A stretch of DNA of 64,000 nt, from contig NC_043008.1 of assembly GCF_006345805.1 (NCBI RefSeq), forward strand, positions 32,922,001 to 32,986,000. Reading direction: 5' to 3'. This DNA is from Octopus sinensis (lineage: Eukaryota). This document shows, in pieces, positions 52,101-61,853 of this stretch. The notes under the pieces were generated by a model. That model searched no databases. It saw only the letters and a program-made list of their open reading frames with translations, and was not told the origin of the DNA. Position 1 is the stretch's first letter, and each line of letters starts with the position of its first letter. The position numbers and the translations under genes are program-made.

Positions 52101-53096
52101 CATTGTGTTTATTGACCATCTTCAAAAGGGCCATCAATGGAGTGTACTATGTCAACTTGCTGAGGCAGTTATAAAAGGCCAACTAACGAAAGGTGACTTG
52201 TTTCATCAGGACAATGCTCCAGCACACAAATCCTTGCTTTCAATAGCTGCTGTGTGTGACTGTGGTTTTGAACTGATTGATCATACTCCCTATTTTCCAT
52301 TTTGGCCCCATCTGATATCATCAGATGAAAAAGCATTTGGCTGGGAATGAGTATCACAGTGATGATGACATCATATATGGTGTTAATATCTTCTTTGACA
52401 ATCAGGATCAAAGCTTCTTTCCCAATGGTAACCAAACACTGCAACACCAATGGAAGAAGTGTGAGGACCACGGGATGATACTATGGTAAAAAAATAAACC
52501 TCATTTGATCGCATTTCATGAGAGTATCTTGGTCAGCCTATGAACTTTTTAGCTGACTCTTGTACATATTTACATATATCTATATCTGCATGCATGGAAA
52601 GAGAGCGAGGAGATAGAGAAGAGAGAGAGAGTCAATGAAATGATCCTTGAAACTATGCTTTTATATATTAATATGATTACATATATTTTCCGTGTGTATA
52701 TGATACACATATATATTATACATATATGTACCATTTACACACAGAAATTACAGCTACCTTGTATTTCTATGTCAGGAAATATTTAGACTCTATTCCTGTA
52801 TTGAGTTCTTTTGTTAGAAGATGTTACCTATTGTTTTTAATTTCATTTTAACAACACTTCATATATATGTATGTATGTATGTATGTATACACACACATGC
52901 ACACACACACACACACATGTATACATTCTTATGTATGTGTATATATATATACACACACATGCACATATCTATACATTTCATTTTCTTTCTTTCCTCTCAT
53001 TAAAGATATGCAAAAATTTCATAATTGTTCTGAGTAATCCTGACAATGGAGCCAGAATCGGTGAACGCAGTGCTGTTGTATGCTTCATGAATAACG
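14794..53096 (+). CDS. Partial multi-exon gene: divergent Na+/Ca2+ exchanger (SLC8/NCX)-like cytoplasmic loop with two tandem Calx-beta domains; N- and C-terminal parts not found in window
   Basis: Eight AG..GT exons with phase chain 2/1, 1/2, 2/0, 0/0, 0/1, 1/2, 2/0, 0/1 give 896 nt without stop. Calx-beta motifs: [52 protein letters not shown] (domain 1); [51 protein letters not shown] (domain 2). NCX assignment is inference from the upstream helix and the CBD1-CBD2 tandem; no TM segments seen, so another Calx-beta protein is not excluded. Confidence 0.8.
17000..19220. repeat. ~2.2-kb compound (TA)n array with recurring TAGTATATAA units, grading into TATGTACATTATATATAAAAAA units
   Basis: Directly visible. 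Confidence 0.95.
24381..25642 (+). mobile_element. Full-length mariner (Tc1/mariner) relic, 1262 bp
   Basis: TA-flanked TIRs TTGGGTCATCTCATAAATAATG / CATTATTTATAGGATGACTCGA; broken transposase from ATG 24564 ([15 protein letters not shown]), [37 protein letters not shown]. Confidence 0.95.
26785..26995. repeat. Inverted repeat with internal CCCGTT duplications
   Basis: TTATTTAAAAGCAGCAGAAATTCAACAAA...GTTCCCGTTCGTTGGACAG versus CTGTCCAACGAACGGGAAC...TTTGTTGAATTTCTGCTGCTTTTAAATAA. Confidence 0.9.
27000..28870. repeat. ~1.9-kb degenerate (TA)n/(TATG)n array
   Basis: Directly visible; source of the many Y/I-rich spurious ORFs. Confidence 0.95.
29347..29660 (+). mobile_element. 3' end of an R4/Dong-like (RLE) non-LTR retrotransposon inside an (AAT)n tract
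   Basis: 29348-29464 reads [38 protein letters not shown], matching the [14 protein letters not shown]-terminus of R4/Dong-type ORFs; AAT repeats on both sides. Confidence 0.7.
31244..31640 (+). mobile_element. SINE family A (GGCTGTGTGG.AAGAAGCTTGCTT head, internal TA/TG microsatellite, CCAGCATGGCC.CAGTC.AATGACTGAAACAA tail)
   Basis: Recurring family: + ~8894-9160, 10020-10170, 11455-11600, 12925-13140, 48245-48404, 48437-48596, 51774-51860; - ~40905-41200, 58600-58800, 63210-63520. Confidence 0.8.
33525..33748. mobile_element. Copy of the piggyBac-like MITE
   Basis: CCCTTTAGCAATC...AAATGCTAAAGGGTTAA; internal sequence shared with 59144-59371. Confidence 0.65.
36590..36827. repeat. Near-perfect inverted repeat, ~111-bp arms, 15-bp loop
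   Basis: 36590-36700 is the reverse complement of 36716-36827 with few mismatches. Confidence 0.95.
37354..37441 (+). CDS. Exon: start of Calx-beta 1, [29 protein letters not shown](Q)
   Basis: tctctcatAG| ... CA|GTaagt; resembles Calx-beta strands A-B (cf. NCX1 FFEQGTYQCLENCGTVALTIIRR). Confidence 0.9.
39566..39652. repeat. (TGGT/TGGC)n tetranucleotide tract ~65 bp upstream of the microexon
   Basis: Directly visible. Confidence 0.9.
39717..39738 (+). CDS. 22-nt microexon, (Q)IPDRKKA
   Basis: tctctttctcttccAG|AATTCCTGATAGAAAAAAAGCC|GTaagt; the only exon I found that converts the phase-2 end of 37441 to the phase-0 start of 42679. Confidence 0.8.
41348..41682 (+). mobile_element. tRNA-derived SINE
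   Basis: TGGCTCAGTGGTTGGAGC...TTGAATCCC head; tail ...GTGCAATCACATGGTC..GACCAAAGGGGG as in the 9501-9972 copy. Confidence 0.8.
42200..42470 (+). repeat. Dispersed RTE-tail-like repeat ending in (GAT)n
   Basis: GTGGTTGGCATTAGGAAGG.CATCCAGC...CAAACC.TC.AACCCATG.CAGCATGG..AA.GGACATT.AA.GATGATG; also ~11040-11220, 28975-29175, 30925-31040 (-), 38545-38700, 61856-62025. Confidence 0.75.
42679..42864 (+). CDS. Exon: insertion plus CBD1 strands C-D, RSND...[28 protein letters not shown]
   Basis: Pyrimidine tract then catatAG|; TTG|GTaagt; VDYET..SAKAG.DF...GTL is a hallmark Calx-beta motif. The 5' boundary is less certain than the 3'. Confidence 0.9.
44056..44218 (+). CDS. Exon: CBD1 strands [56 protein letters not shown]
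   Basis: ttctttaacAG| ... CATG|GTaag; Calx-beta C-terminal pattern (F..L.NP...LG.PS.A.V.I). Confidence 0.93.
45045..45168 (+). CDS. Exon: start of Calx-beta 2, [41 protein letters not shown](M)
   Basis: ttttatttattAG| ... AT|GTaagt; cf. NCX1 HAGIFTFEEPVTHVSESIGIMEVKVLRTSGARGNVIVPYKT. Confidence 0.93.
47986..48215 (+). mobile_element. SINE family B, well-preserved copy
   Basis: GGCGGCGAGCTGGCAGAA...TTCTGAGTTCAAAT...GAGGTCGACTTTGCCTCTCATCCTTT..GGGTCGATAAATTA.GTACCAG. Further copies: + ~12720-12890, 15897-16110, 16135-16345, 21025-21150, 24085-24300, 44800-45010, 49510-49660; - ~11860-12030, 51545-51700, 53735-53910, 58345-58570, 60235-60420. Confidence 0.85.
49753..49882 (+). CDS. Exon: CBD2 middle, [43 protein letters not shown]
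   Basis: ttcttttaacAG| ... AAG|GTaaag; cf. NCX1 EGTARGGGEDF...LEFQNDEIVKTISV. Confidence 0.93.
49948..50195 (+). mobile_element. tRNA-derived SINE; second copy at ~62341-62577
   Basis: TGGCTTAGTGGTTAGGGTG...GGTTTTGATTCC head; near-identical body in the 62341 copy; fragments at ~45480-45700 (-), 62095-62280 and 63939-64000. Confidence 0.85.
50243..50589. repeat. Inverted repeat, ~105-bp arms, ~135-bp spacer (MITE-like)
   Basis: ACATTATTTATATTTGATGGATATTTGTCCTCATCTTG...CCTTCATCAGGTGTCTT versus AAGACACCTGATGAAGG...CAAGATGAGAACAAATATCCATCAAATGTAAATAATGT. Confidence 0.9.
51040..51220. repeat. (GGT/GGC)n trinucleotide tract
   Basis: Directly visible; the most GC-rich stretch of the window. Confidence 0.9.
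51858..52562 (+). mobile_element. Mariner relic, 3' half with right TIR
   Basis: [44 protein letters not shown]; ends GGTCAGCCTATGAACTTTTTAGCTGACTCTTG-TA. Same family as 54406-55669. Confidence 0.9.
53006..53096 (+). CDS. Exon: end of CBD2, [30 protein letters not shown]
   Basis: Pyrimidine tract then taaAG|; G|GTaagt; F.I.LSNP...A.IGE.S pattern. Confidence 0.9.
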
Positions 53097-53653
53097 GTAA
53101 GTTCACACATGTTTTTGATAACTCTACACATCCACACACAGCCACCCTTTGTCTCTGCATGCATCTTTCTTTCTCATTGTCATTAGTTTTATCTTGAAGA
53201 TGATCATTTTCCTCTTTACTTTTTCTTTGTTCCTGTCATTTTGTCTTTCTTCTATCTCTATGCATTCTTTATAATTTTCCGTCCATAGCATTTTTTGTTC
53301 CTGCATATCTTTTCCTTTTTAATTCTTCCTTTTTCTTCTTTATCTTCTTCTTTTGGTTTACATTGTGTTGTTGATGTCATCGTTCTCATTGCTGTTAGAT
53401 TGCCATCTCTAATTGCGATGAATGCTGTCAAATATGAGTGTACTAAAGAATAAAAATATAATAATAATAATAATAACTATCACCAATTTAAATAAATAAT
53501 AATAATAATAATTATCAATAATACATTTACAATGTCCGCTCTTATGGTAACAGCTGTAACCCAATTGATTGATTTATGCAGGACAAAATTTTGCTTCGGG
53601 TATCACGGTTACACTCAACAAGATAAGAGAAAAGATGCAGAACTCAAAGGATT

Positions 53654-53688
<35 letters not shown>

Positions 53689-54405
53689 TAATAATAATAA
53701 TCATAATCATAATAATAATAATAATAATAATAGTGATTTCAAATTCTGGCACAAGGCCAGCAATTTTGAGGGGGTATAAGTCATTTACATCAACCCCAGT
53801 GTTCAGCTGGTACTTATTTTATCAACCCCCAAAAGGATGAAAAGCAAAACTGACTTCAGCAGAATTTGAATTCAGAATCTGAAGACAGACGTGCTAATGA
53901 TTCTGCCATCTCACTGCCTTAATGATAATAGTAATAATGAGAAGAAGAACAACAACACCTTTTTTATTGGTAACAAGAGCCATAAAAGACAAATTCAGAA
54001 CAATACAAAGATGAAGGACAATGGGGATTTATTGTGTTGTCAAATGAATTTGTTCTTTTTTTCTTTCCTTATTTGGTACTCTATTGTCATATGTCTGAAA
54101 AGCAATAAAATTTATTCAGATTTCAAAAACGACAGACAAAAGTTGTAGAGAAAGATCAGAGCTACAAGAAAAAAAAAACAGAAAACACTACAATAAAATT
54201 ATTTTTTATGTACATAAATAATACTGGAAAATATTAAAAATAAATGGGGGAGAAAGGAAGACAAATGAATTTATCTGACAACCTAAAACACAAACATGTG
54301 TAAACAATAAAAACAATAACAACAAATCCCTCCAATAAATTAACAATCAGGGCAATGAAAGAACTTAAAGATCCCAAGTTACCCTTACCCTGATCACTAG
54401 GTGTA

Positions 54406-55669
54406 CAAGAATGGGTTGAAAAGTTCATAGGCTGAGCATAATGCAATAATCAAACTTCACTGAATGTGTTTTATTTTTCCACATAGTCTCCCTTGTGGTC
54501 CATACACTTCTTCTATTGGTGTTGCAGTGTTTGGATTACTGTGGTATAAAAGCTCTTATCCTGACCCTCAAAAATGTCCTCAACTACTGACATGACCTCA
54601 TCACTGGTCCAATACTGCTTCCCAGTCAAGTTTTTTTTTCATGTTGAGGAACAGAAAATAGTCAGATGGTGCCAAATCAGGAGAAAATGGAGGGTGATCA
54701 ACCAGTTCAAAGCCACAGTTGCATACAGCAGCCATTGCAACCACAGACTTGTGTGCAGGAGCATTGTCCTGGTGAAGCAAGACCCCCTTCATCAGTTTTC
54801 CAGGCCATTTTGATTGATTACCTTTCACAGCTGCCTCAACAAGTTGGCATAGTATTCTCCATTGATAGTATGACCTTTCTGAAAGTAATCAATGAACACA
54901 GTGCCCTTTGCATCCCAGAAGATAGAAGCCATCACCTTCCCTACTGATGACACCACCTTGACCTTCTTTGGTGGGGGGAGAAGAGGCATGTTTCCACTGC
55001 ATGAACTGCCATTTCATCTGTGGCTCGAAGTGGTGAACCCAACATTCATGGATTTGATTCAAAAAGGTCAAGTTTGCCTGTAATATGACTACCCTAATGT
55101 GCCTTTGATCAGGCATCAAAAGCCATGGCACCCACTGAGTGGAACGCTTCAACATGCCAAGTTCGTTATGCAGAATATTCTCAACTCATTCACAGGAGAT
55201 GCCTACAGCATTAACTGTCTGATCAATATTTAAACATCTGTCATCCATCACCGTGTGGTGAACACAGTCAATGTTTTCCTTAGGTGGTGGTTGTGGTAGG
55301 ACTCCAAACCTTGGGTCATCTTCAAGACTCCCCCTACCCCTCCTGAATTCAGCTGCCAACTTTTGCACAGCTTATAAAACTGGAGTATCCTCCCCTAATG
55401 TAGCAAACTATGTCAGCATGAATGTCCTCGGGGGCTAACCCCTTTTTCTGCAGATATTTGATAATACCATGGTGCCAAATCTTATCAATTTTCATGAAAT
55501 GACTCTAGTCCCACTTTTCCTAGTCCTCAATTTTCTATCCAATGTGGGTTTATCTGGAAAGAAAAAATGCAGCTAGCACCATTAAAGGTTGAATTTAATG
55601 TATGGCAAGTTTAATTACAGTATAATAACTCCTTCTTGGTCAGCCTAAGAACTTTCCAGCCCACCCTCA
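54406..55669 (-). mobile_element. Full-length mariner relic, 1264 bp
   Basis: TA-flanked imperfect TIRs (CAAGAATGGGTTGAAAAGTTCATAGGCTGA / TCAGCCTAAGAACTTTCCAGCCCACCCTCA); [39 protein letters not shown] in minus-strand ORFs. Confidence 0.95.
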
Positions 55670-55689
55670 TACTATGGAAAGTGCTCCTC

Positions 55690-57150
55690 TCTCCTCTTCC
55701 TACTTTACAGCCTATAGATACATATTTAGAGTAGGTCCATTCACTCAGACTATTTTCATTACATTCACCGATTTCTTTTACAAATTTTCTGGAGAAGGAG
55801 AAGGTAGTCCCTACCTGTTCACCCTCACATTTTACATGTGGAACTTGTAAAAGTCAATGAGGTTTGGCTGAAGTGGAAAAAGTCTTCTGTCCTTTCAGTT
55901 TTGTCCACAACACATCTTTCACAACAGCCACCAGACAGAAGAAAACTGCCTACCTTTCTCAGCCAGAATAAGGTAGAGGGGTAATCTTCATGATAGACTC
56001 AATCTATAGCTACTTCCATCCTACACATGACAGCAACTGTTTGTCATATCTCCATTAGTCAACACTGCTCAAGCACAACACAAATATGTGCAGGATGGTT
56101 TTGGTGCACTGCACAAATAGCTGATGGCACTAACATGCCCATATAGTTAATCTTGAATCAGCAATGACACTTCTCCTCTACCCTGTAAAACAGACCATCC
56201 AGTTGGTTTTCATCAATAAGCAGAGTTCCTCCAAGGACATCGTTATTGCTCTTACCCACCACTAAATTCCCGATAGAATACCATGACAGAACACCTACTG
56301 ATTGCATTAGAGGAGTTGCACAAAACTGCACATGCCTTGAGGCATCCTATATGCCAAGCATTCTTCCTTGGACTATGGTTTATCTAGGACTACTGCTCTG
56401 TCAAAGAGATGAGTTATGGAAAAGTGGTCTGGCAAATGACAACCCCATAAAAAATATCGCCAGAATGTTGTAACCCCAGCACATGCTTATGCATTATTAG
56501 TTATGTTATGCCCAGCCTTCCAGCAGATGTTGACAACATCTACAGAAAGAAGAGCAAGTGTTCCATTCTGGCCAGTTATGAAGTACAATGATCAGGCAGT
56601 AGTAGATGATGGATGTAACATAGGTAGTTCTCGCTTCTGCCCAGCCTTTTAGAAATAGTTTCCTCTTGGCATGTTTCTGGGTGAGTCTAGCCACCCTCCT
56701 CATCATCTTTTCCAAGTTCTTGTCCACATGGAGGTCTGGATCAAATCAAATTCTGAACAGTTCAACCAGCCCATCTGTCCAGCATCCCACAACTTCTGCA
56801 ATAGTGGATCAAGGCACAATACATACAGAAGAGGCAAGAGGGGGAAGTTTTGATAGACCAAATGCATGATACTGAACGGTTCCAAGAGATGGCCATTTAT
56901 TCTTACTGGGAAAATGTTCTACATTGCAACAATCCAGCTTCTGAAGGATAGCTGCCAAGTGTTGATGGTCAACCTTGTCAAAAGTTTTCAATCAATCTAA
57001 TTTGATCTGGGCCCCATCCATGCCAGGTCCTTTACCTGCCCTTTCTACAATAAATTTTTATGAAGTAGAGTTTGCCATGGTCAAGCCTGTTTGGGATGGC
57101 ACATGTCTGGGCATCACCAACAAGACCACTAATAACAAGCACCAGCATCA
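55690..57150 (-). mobile_element. Degenerate L1/Tx1-clade LINE reverse transcriptase fragment
   Basis: KTFDKVDHQHLAAILQK and NGHLLEPFSI...PLLPLLYVLCLDPLLQKL (cf. KAFDRVDH, RQGCPLSPLLYVLALEPLL). Boundaries approximate. Confidence 0.75.
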
Positions 57151-57165
57151 TAGCTAAGATCTGAG

Positions 57166-57387
57166 CCCCTTAGCATTCAAACCGACCGTATCTGCTCTGA
57201 GAATTCTACATTTTTTATATTCAAAGCAACCAGATCCAGCCTCAGATACCTACCCTAAAATGTCATTCTAAAAATGAAAAGTCACATCATCAAAATCTTG
57301 AAGTTACAAGATAATTCATGATTAATTCAAAACAATGTCAATAAATAAGCATTACATTTGACTGAGTAATCTGAATGCTAAAGGGTT
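57166..57387. mobile_element. Copy of the piggyBac-like MITE (opposite orientation)
   Basis: CCCCTTAGCATTC...GAATGCTAAAGGGTT; internal part is the reverse complement of 59144-59371. Confidence 0.65.
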
Positions 57388-59143
57388 GGGTAAAATCTTG
57401 AATTCTACATTTAACAGTTATGGAACTTAAGAATTATCAAATTCCTCCCCTTTGTTTGGGTTCTTTCTCAGCAACACCACAACTACTCTTTCTTCAGTGC
57501 TGGAAATTCTCCCATTCTGCTACCATTTGCAATAGACATCTGCCAAGAGACTCCTAAACATATGAAATTAATGCTCATAGAAAAGACCATGCAGCCCAGT
57601 GATTTCTCCATTGTACGGCCCATCATCACATCTCATATTTTGTTAGCTGTCATCAGCCTTTCGTAGAATTTTGCATCCCTATCTAAAAGCTGAAACAGGC
57701 TATCAAGAGATGGGAGTGGACTTTACCATCTGTCTTTGGCCTGTTGGGTGAATTAGTGTTTTGTTTTAGTTTAGCATTTTCTATAGAATTGAAAGTATTC
57801 TACATAATAAATGCATGCATATTCTGGAGTTTTGGTTATACATTTTCCTCTAACTTTTTTAATCTTTCCTAATCTTTCCTATTGTTGACCCTGTTTTCAA
57901 TCCCCAATTTTGGCACAATCATCTGTCAGGACTTATATTTCAATGATTAGGTATTTCCTTTCCTGATGACCTTCAAAGATAAAATCCACTAAATTCACTT
58001 TAATCTCCCTCTCTTTAGTCTTAGGGTCAAAGACTTTTTTTTTTTTGTATCTCAGTGAGCTAATCAGATGTTGTCTCCAGCTCTCTCAGCACCTTATTAA
58101 TAATTTCTTCTAGCAATTTATAAATCCCTGTTAAATATTTTAATTAGGAAGTTGAAAGTTTATATCCTGGCTAATTACAGTTGTTTCTTGCAGAATCTGG
58201 GTTACTTACTGTCTCTTTTACCATTCTTAGTTATTTCAGTTGGTGGATGGCAGCCTTGCTGGGGCACTGCCAAACCAGGTTTTGTCAAACATCAGTCCCA
58301 GTATTTTCTTATTTTTTAAACTGGTACTTATTCTATTGGTTCCTTATTTCTTTACTGCCCACAAGGGGCTACACACAGAGGGGACAAACAAGGACAGACA
58401 AACGGATTAATTCGATTATATCGACCCCAGTGCATAACTGGTACTTATTTAATTGACCCCCGAAAGGATTGAAAGGCAAAGTCAACCTTGGCAGAATTTG
58501 AACTCAGAACGTAGCAGCAGACGAAATATTGCTAAGCATTTCACCCGGCGTACTAACATTTCTGCCAGCTCACCACCCTATTCTACTTATTCTATTGGTT
58601 TCTTTCAATGAATTACTAAGTTATTGGGATGTAAATAAACACTGGTTGCCAAGTAACAGTGGTGGGGGGTATAGACACAAAAACATACACACATACACAA
58701 TGAACTTCCACATACCAAATTAACTCACAAAGCATTGATCAGCTCAGGGCTACAGTATATGAGACATGCCCAGGATACCATGCAGTGAGACAGAACACAA
58801 AACCACATGACTGCAAAGCAGGCTTCTTAACCAAAAGCCATGCCTACACCAATTGTGTTGATACATCTTTTCACAATTGTTCAGATGCTATGCTTGTTGT
58901 GTTGAACAATCTCATCTACAGTGATTCCTTCACTTCCCATTATATTCCTCAGAATTCTTCAACTTTTCTGGTGTGCTGTATTGATACCAATTTTCTCTTT
59001 ACCTATTTCCCATTAGAATAATTTTGGAAATGGAGTCAAAATATTTCTTTTGTTTGCAGAATCACTTTACATCTTTATTTTGATAAACTTGGTGGAATTT
59101 AGCCAAGCCCTCTCACCTTCTTTAATTTTGGTTACTTATTTTT

Positions 59144-59371
59144 TTAACCTTTTAGCATTCAGATTCCTCTGTCAAATGTAATACCTATTTATTCACATTG
59201 TTTTGAATTAATCATACATTATCTCATAGCTTTGAGATTTCAATAATGGGATTTCATATTTTTAGAATGACATTGTAGGATAGGTGTGAGAGGCTAGAGC
59301 TGGACAGTTTGAATATGAAACAAGCCAAATATTTGTGTCAAATATGACTGGTTTAAATGCTAAGGGATTAA
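59144..59371. mobile_element. ~225-bp MITE with TTAA-CC(C)TTTAGCATT...AATGCTAAAGGG-TTAA ends (piggyBac-like)
   Basis: Terminal inverted repeats visible; related copies at 33525-33748, 57166-57387 and ~30420-30638. Confidence 0.65.
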
Positions 59372-60564
59372 TATCAAGAGAAGAATTGCCTCTTTCTTTT
59401 TTTTTCTTTTTTCAATTGTGCCTTAATTGATTTCATTGACAATGGTCATATCTTTTAATTCATTTTCTATCTTTTAGCATACGGTTAACTCGCAGATTAT
59501 TTCCTTGGTTTTTTTTCAAGCTAACTCCTTCATGTGATGTTTATTTGGGTCTGTTTTCATTAAATCTGTGATGGCTATGTTTGATTGATATTATTGTTAT
59601 ACATCACTGAGGTTTATCGTAGGGAGGTATTTCGTTTATCCATTGGACAGTCCATCGATTTTAATTCCTTAATTATTTCTCTTTTTTGAACGGCATGTTC
59701 ATCATTTCCTTTTTTTTAATTTCCTGTTCTTAAGTCGGATATATATACTCCTTGATAATTATGTTTTTATCTGAGTTGTTATGGTTGGGCTTTTGTTAAT
59801 TAGTATTCTGTAGGCATTCTAGATTTTGATTTTGTTATTTACTTTCTTTTTCATGAGTCTATTTTCGTGGTTTATGTATTCACTATTTGTGTTTTCATTA
59901 TGCAGTCTTTGTTTTAAGTGCTCTATTTCCATTTCAGATATTTTGAGATTTTTCTTGTTTTTTTTTGTTTTGTTTTTACTTTGAGAATGTCTCTTCTTAA
60001 GTTGTTTATATTATTACTGTTGTTGTTATTGCTGCTGTTATTTTTTTACTCATTGTTGATATCTGTAACACAGTTGCAGAGAAGTTTAGATTTCACCAAG
60101 TTTCACTCAAAAACTGCTCATTTATTTATTTTGACAGCGAAGGTTTTGGGAGCATATGAATGTCCATTACATTGCCTTGGAGGATAATAATGTTTGTCTT
60201 AGACATTCAATATATTTCGTAAAAATTGCTTTATTCATATCAGGCACAAGAACCTGATATTTGAAGAAAGAGTACAATCGATTATATAAGCTCCAGTACT
60301 TGACTGGTATTTTGTTTCATTAACTTCTAAAGGATGAAAAACAAATTTATCTTTGACTAGATTTGAACTTAGAATGTAAAAAATCAAAACATATACTACA
60401 AGTCTTACACTCAAACAATTGTGCCAAAACACCGTCTTAATAATAATTTCCTAAAGTAAAATCTCAGTCATCCATAAATACAAGTATGTCTTTTACAGTC
60501 CCAGTACCATGTAAAATGCTCTTGTGTCAGTGTGGCATAAATGCACCTGTGCTGCTGGCACATA

Positions 60565-61853
60565 CGAGGGGCGTTCAATAAGTAATGCCCCTGACCCACT
60601 TCCCATAGCAGTAGAGCAACGAAACTTGGCACAGTTATTAGTCTTTTTCTACATAGGAACCACCCAGAGTTACGCATTTTTCACATCGTTTGATGCAGCT
60701 CTGAAGACCGTTTTTGTAGAAGACCCCAGCTTGGTCCTCCAACCACGACGTGACTTCAGAAATCAAGGCTGCATCATCTGGGAAACGCTTTCCTTTCAAA
60801 AACAACTTCATGACTGGGAAGAGGTTAAAATTAGAGGGTGCAAGGTCAGGAAGTAGGGGGATGGGGGATGTGTTCATAGCTGCACGCCTGTGCTTCTGAT
60901 CTGGCGACACGCGAGTTGTGTACCGGAGCGTTGTCCTGCAAGAGGAGGATGCCTTTGCTGTTCTTGCCCGGCTCTTGATTTTGATAGCTTCTCTTAATTT
61001 CCTCAAATGTGAAGCATAATAGGCTCCTGTAATTGTGGCACCCTTTGCCAGGAAATCTGTCATCACTACTCCGTCCTGGTCCCAGAAGACTGTGAGCATG
61101 ACCTTGCCAGCAAAGGGCTGCACCCTTGCCTTCTTTGGAGGAGGTGAGTCACAGTGTGTCCACTGCATTGACTGGGCTTTGGTCTCTGGATCATAGTGAT
61201 GGACCCAGGTTTCATCCTGTGTAATCAGTCTTTTGAAAAATTTTGACTCATCTTCTTGGCACATCTCCAAATTCATCCTCGAGCAATCGACACGTTCTTG
61301 CTTCTGGAAAGATGTGAGCAACCTGGGAATCCATCTGGCAGACACCTTTTGCATATGCAAATGGTCATGAATGATAGTTTCCACAGACCCGATACTAATC
61401 TTGACCTCATGGGCTATTTGGCGAATAGTTATGCGTCGATCTTCCAAAATGGCAGCCTCAACATGACGGACAGATGCCTCATCAATGGCAGAAGGGGGCG
61501 ACCAGATCTGGGAGCTGTTTCCACAGAGTTCCGACCATGTTTGAATTCACGATGCCAGCGTTTTACAAGTTCATATGATGGGGCATCATCACCATAAGTT
61601 ACTTTCATTTCATCAAAAGTCTCCCGTGGTGTGTGTTCTTTTAAATACAAAAACCGGATCATTGCTCGATACTCAACAGGCTCCATTTCACACTTGACTC
61701 AGTTCAAACACCTGTAAATCAGAAACCACAATTAGTTCAGAGCTGTAATTTGCCACTTAATCTATAAAGATATGAATAATTGTACATGCAAAATTTCAGC
61801 TAGATCAAATAATTGCAAGTGGGTCAGAAGCATTACTTATTGAACGCCCCTCG
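60565..61853 (-). mobile_element. Young full-length mariner, 1289 bp, frameshifted transposase
   Basis: 26-bp perfect TIR CGAGGGGCGTTCAATAAGTAATGC.. with TA on both sides; ORFs 61686-61429 (MEPVEYRAMIRFL...) and 61447-60638 (WIPRLL, ITQDETWVHHYDPE, LAPSNF) with frameshifts near the second Asp (LQDNAPVH) region. Confidence 0.97.
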
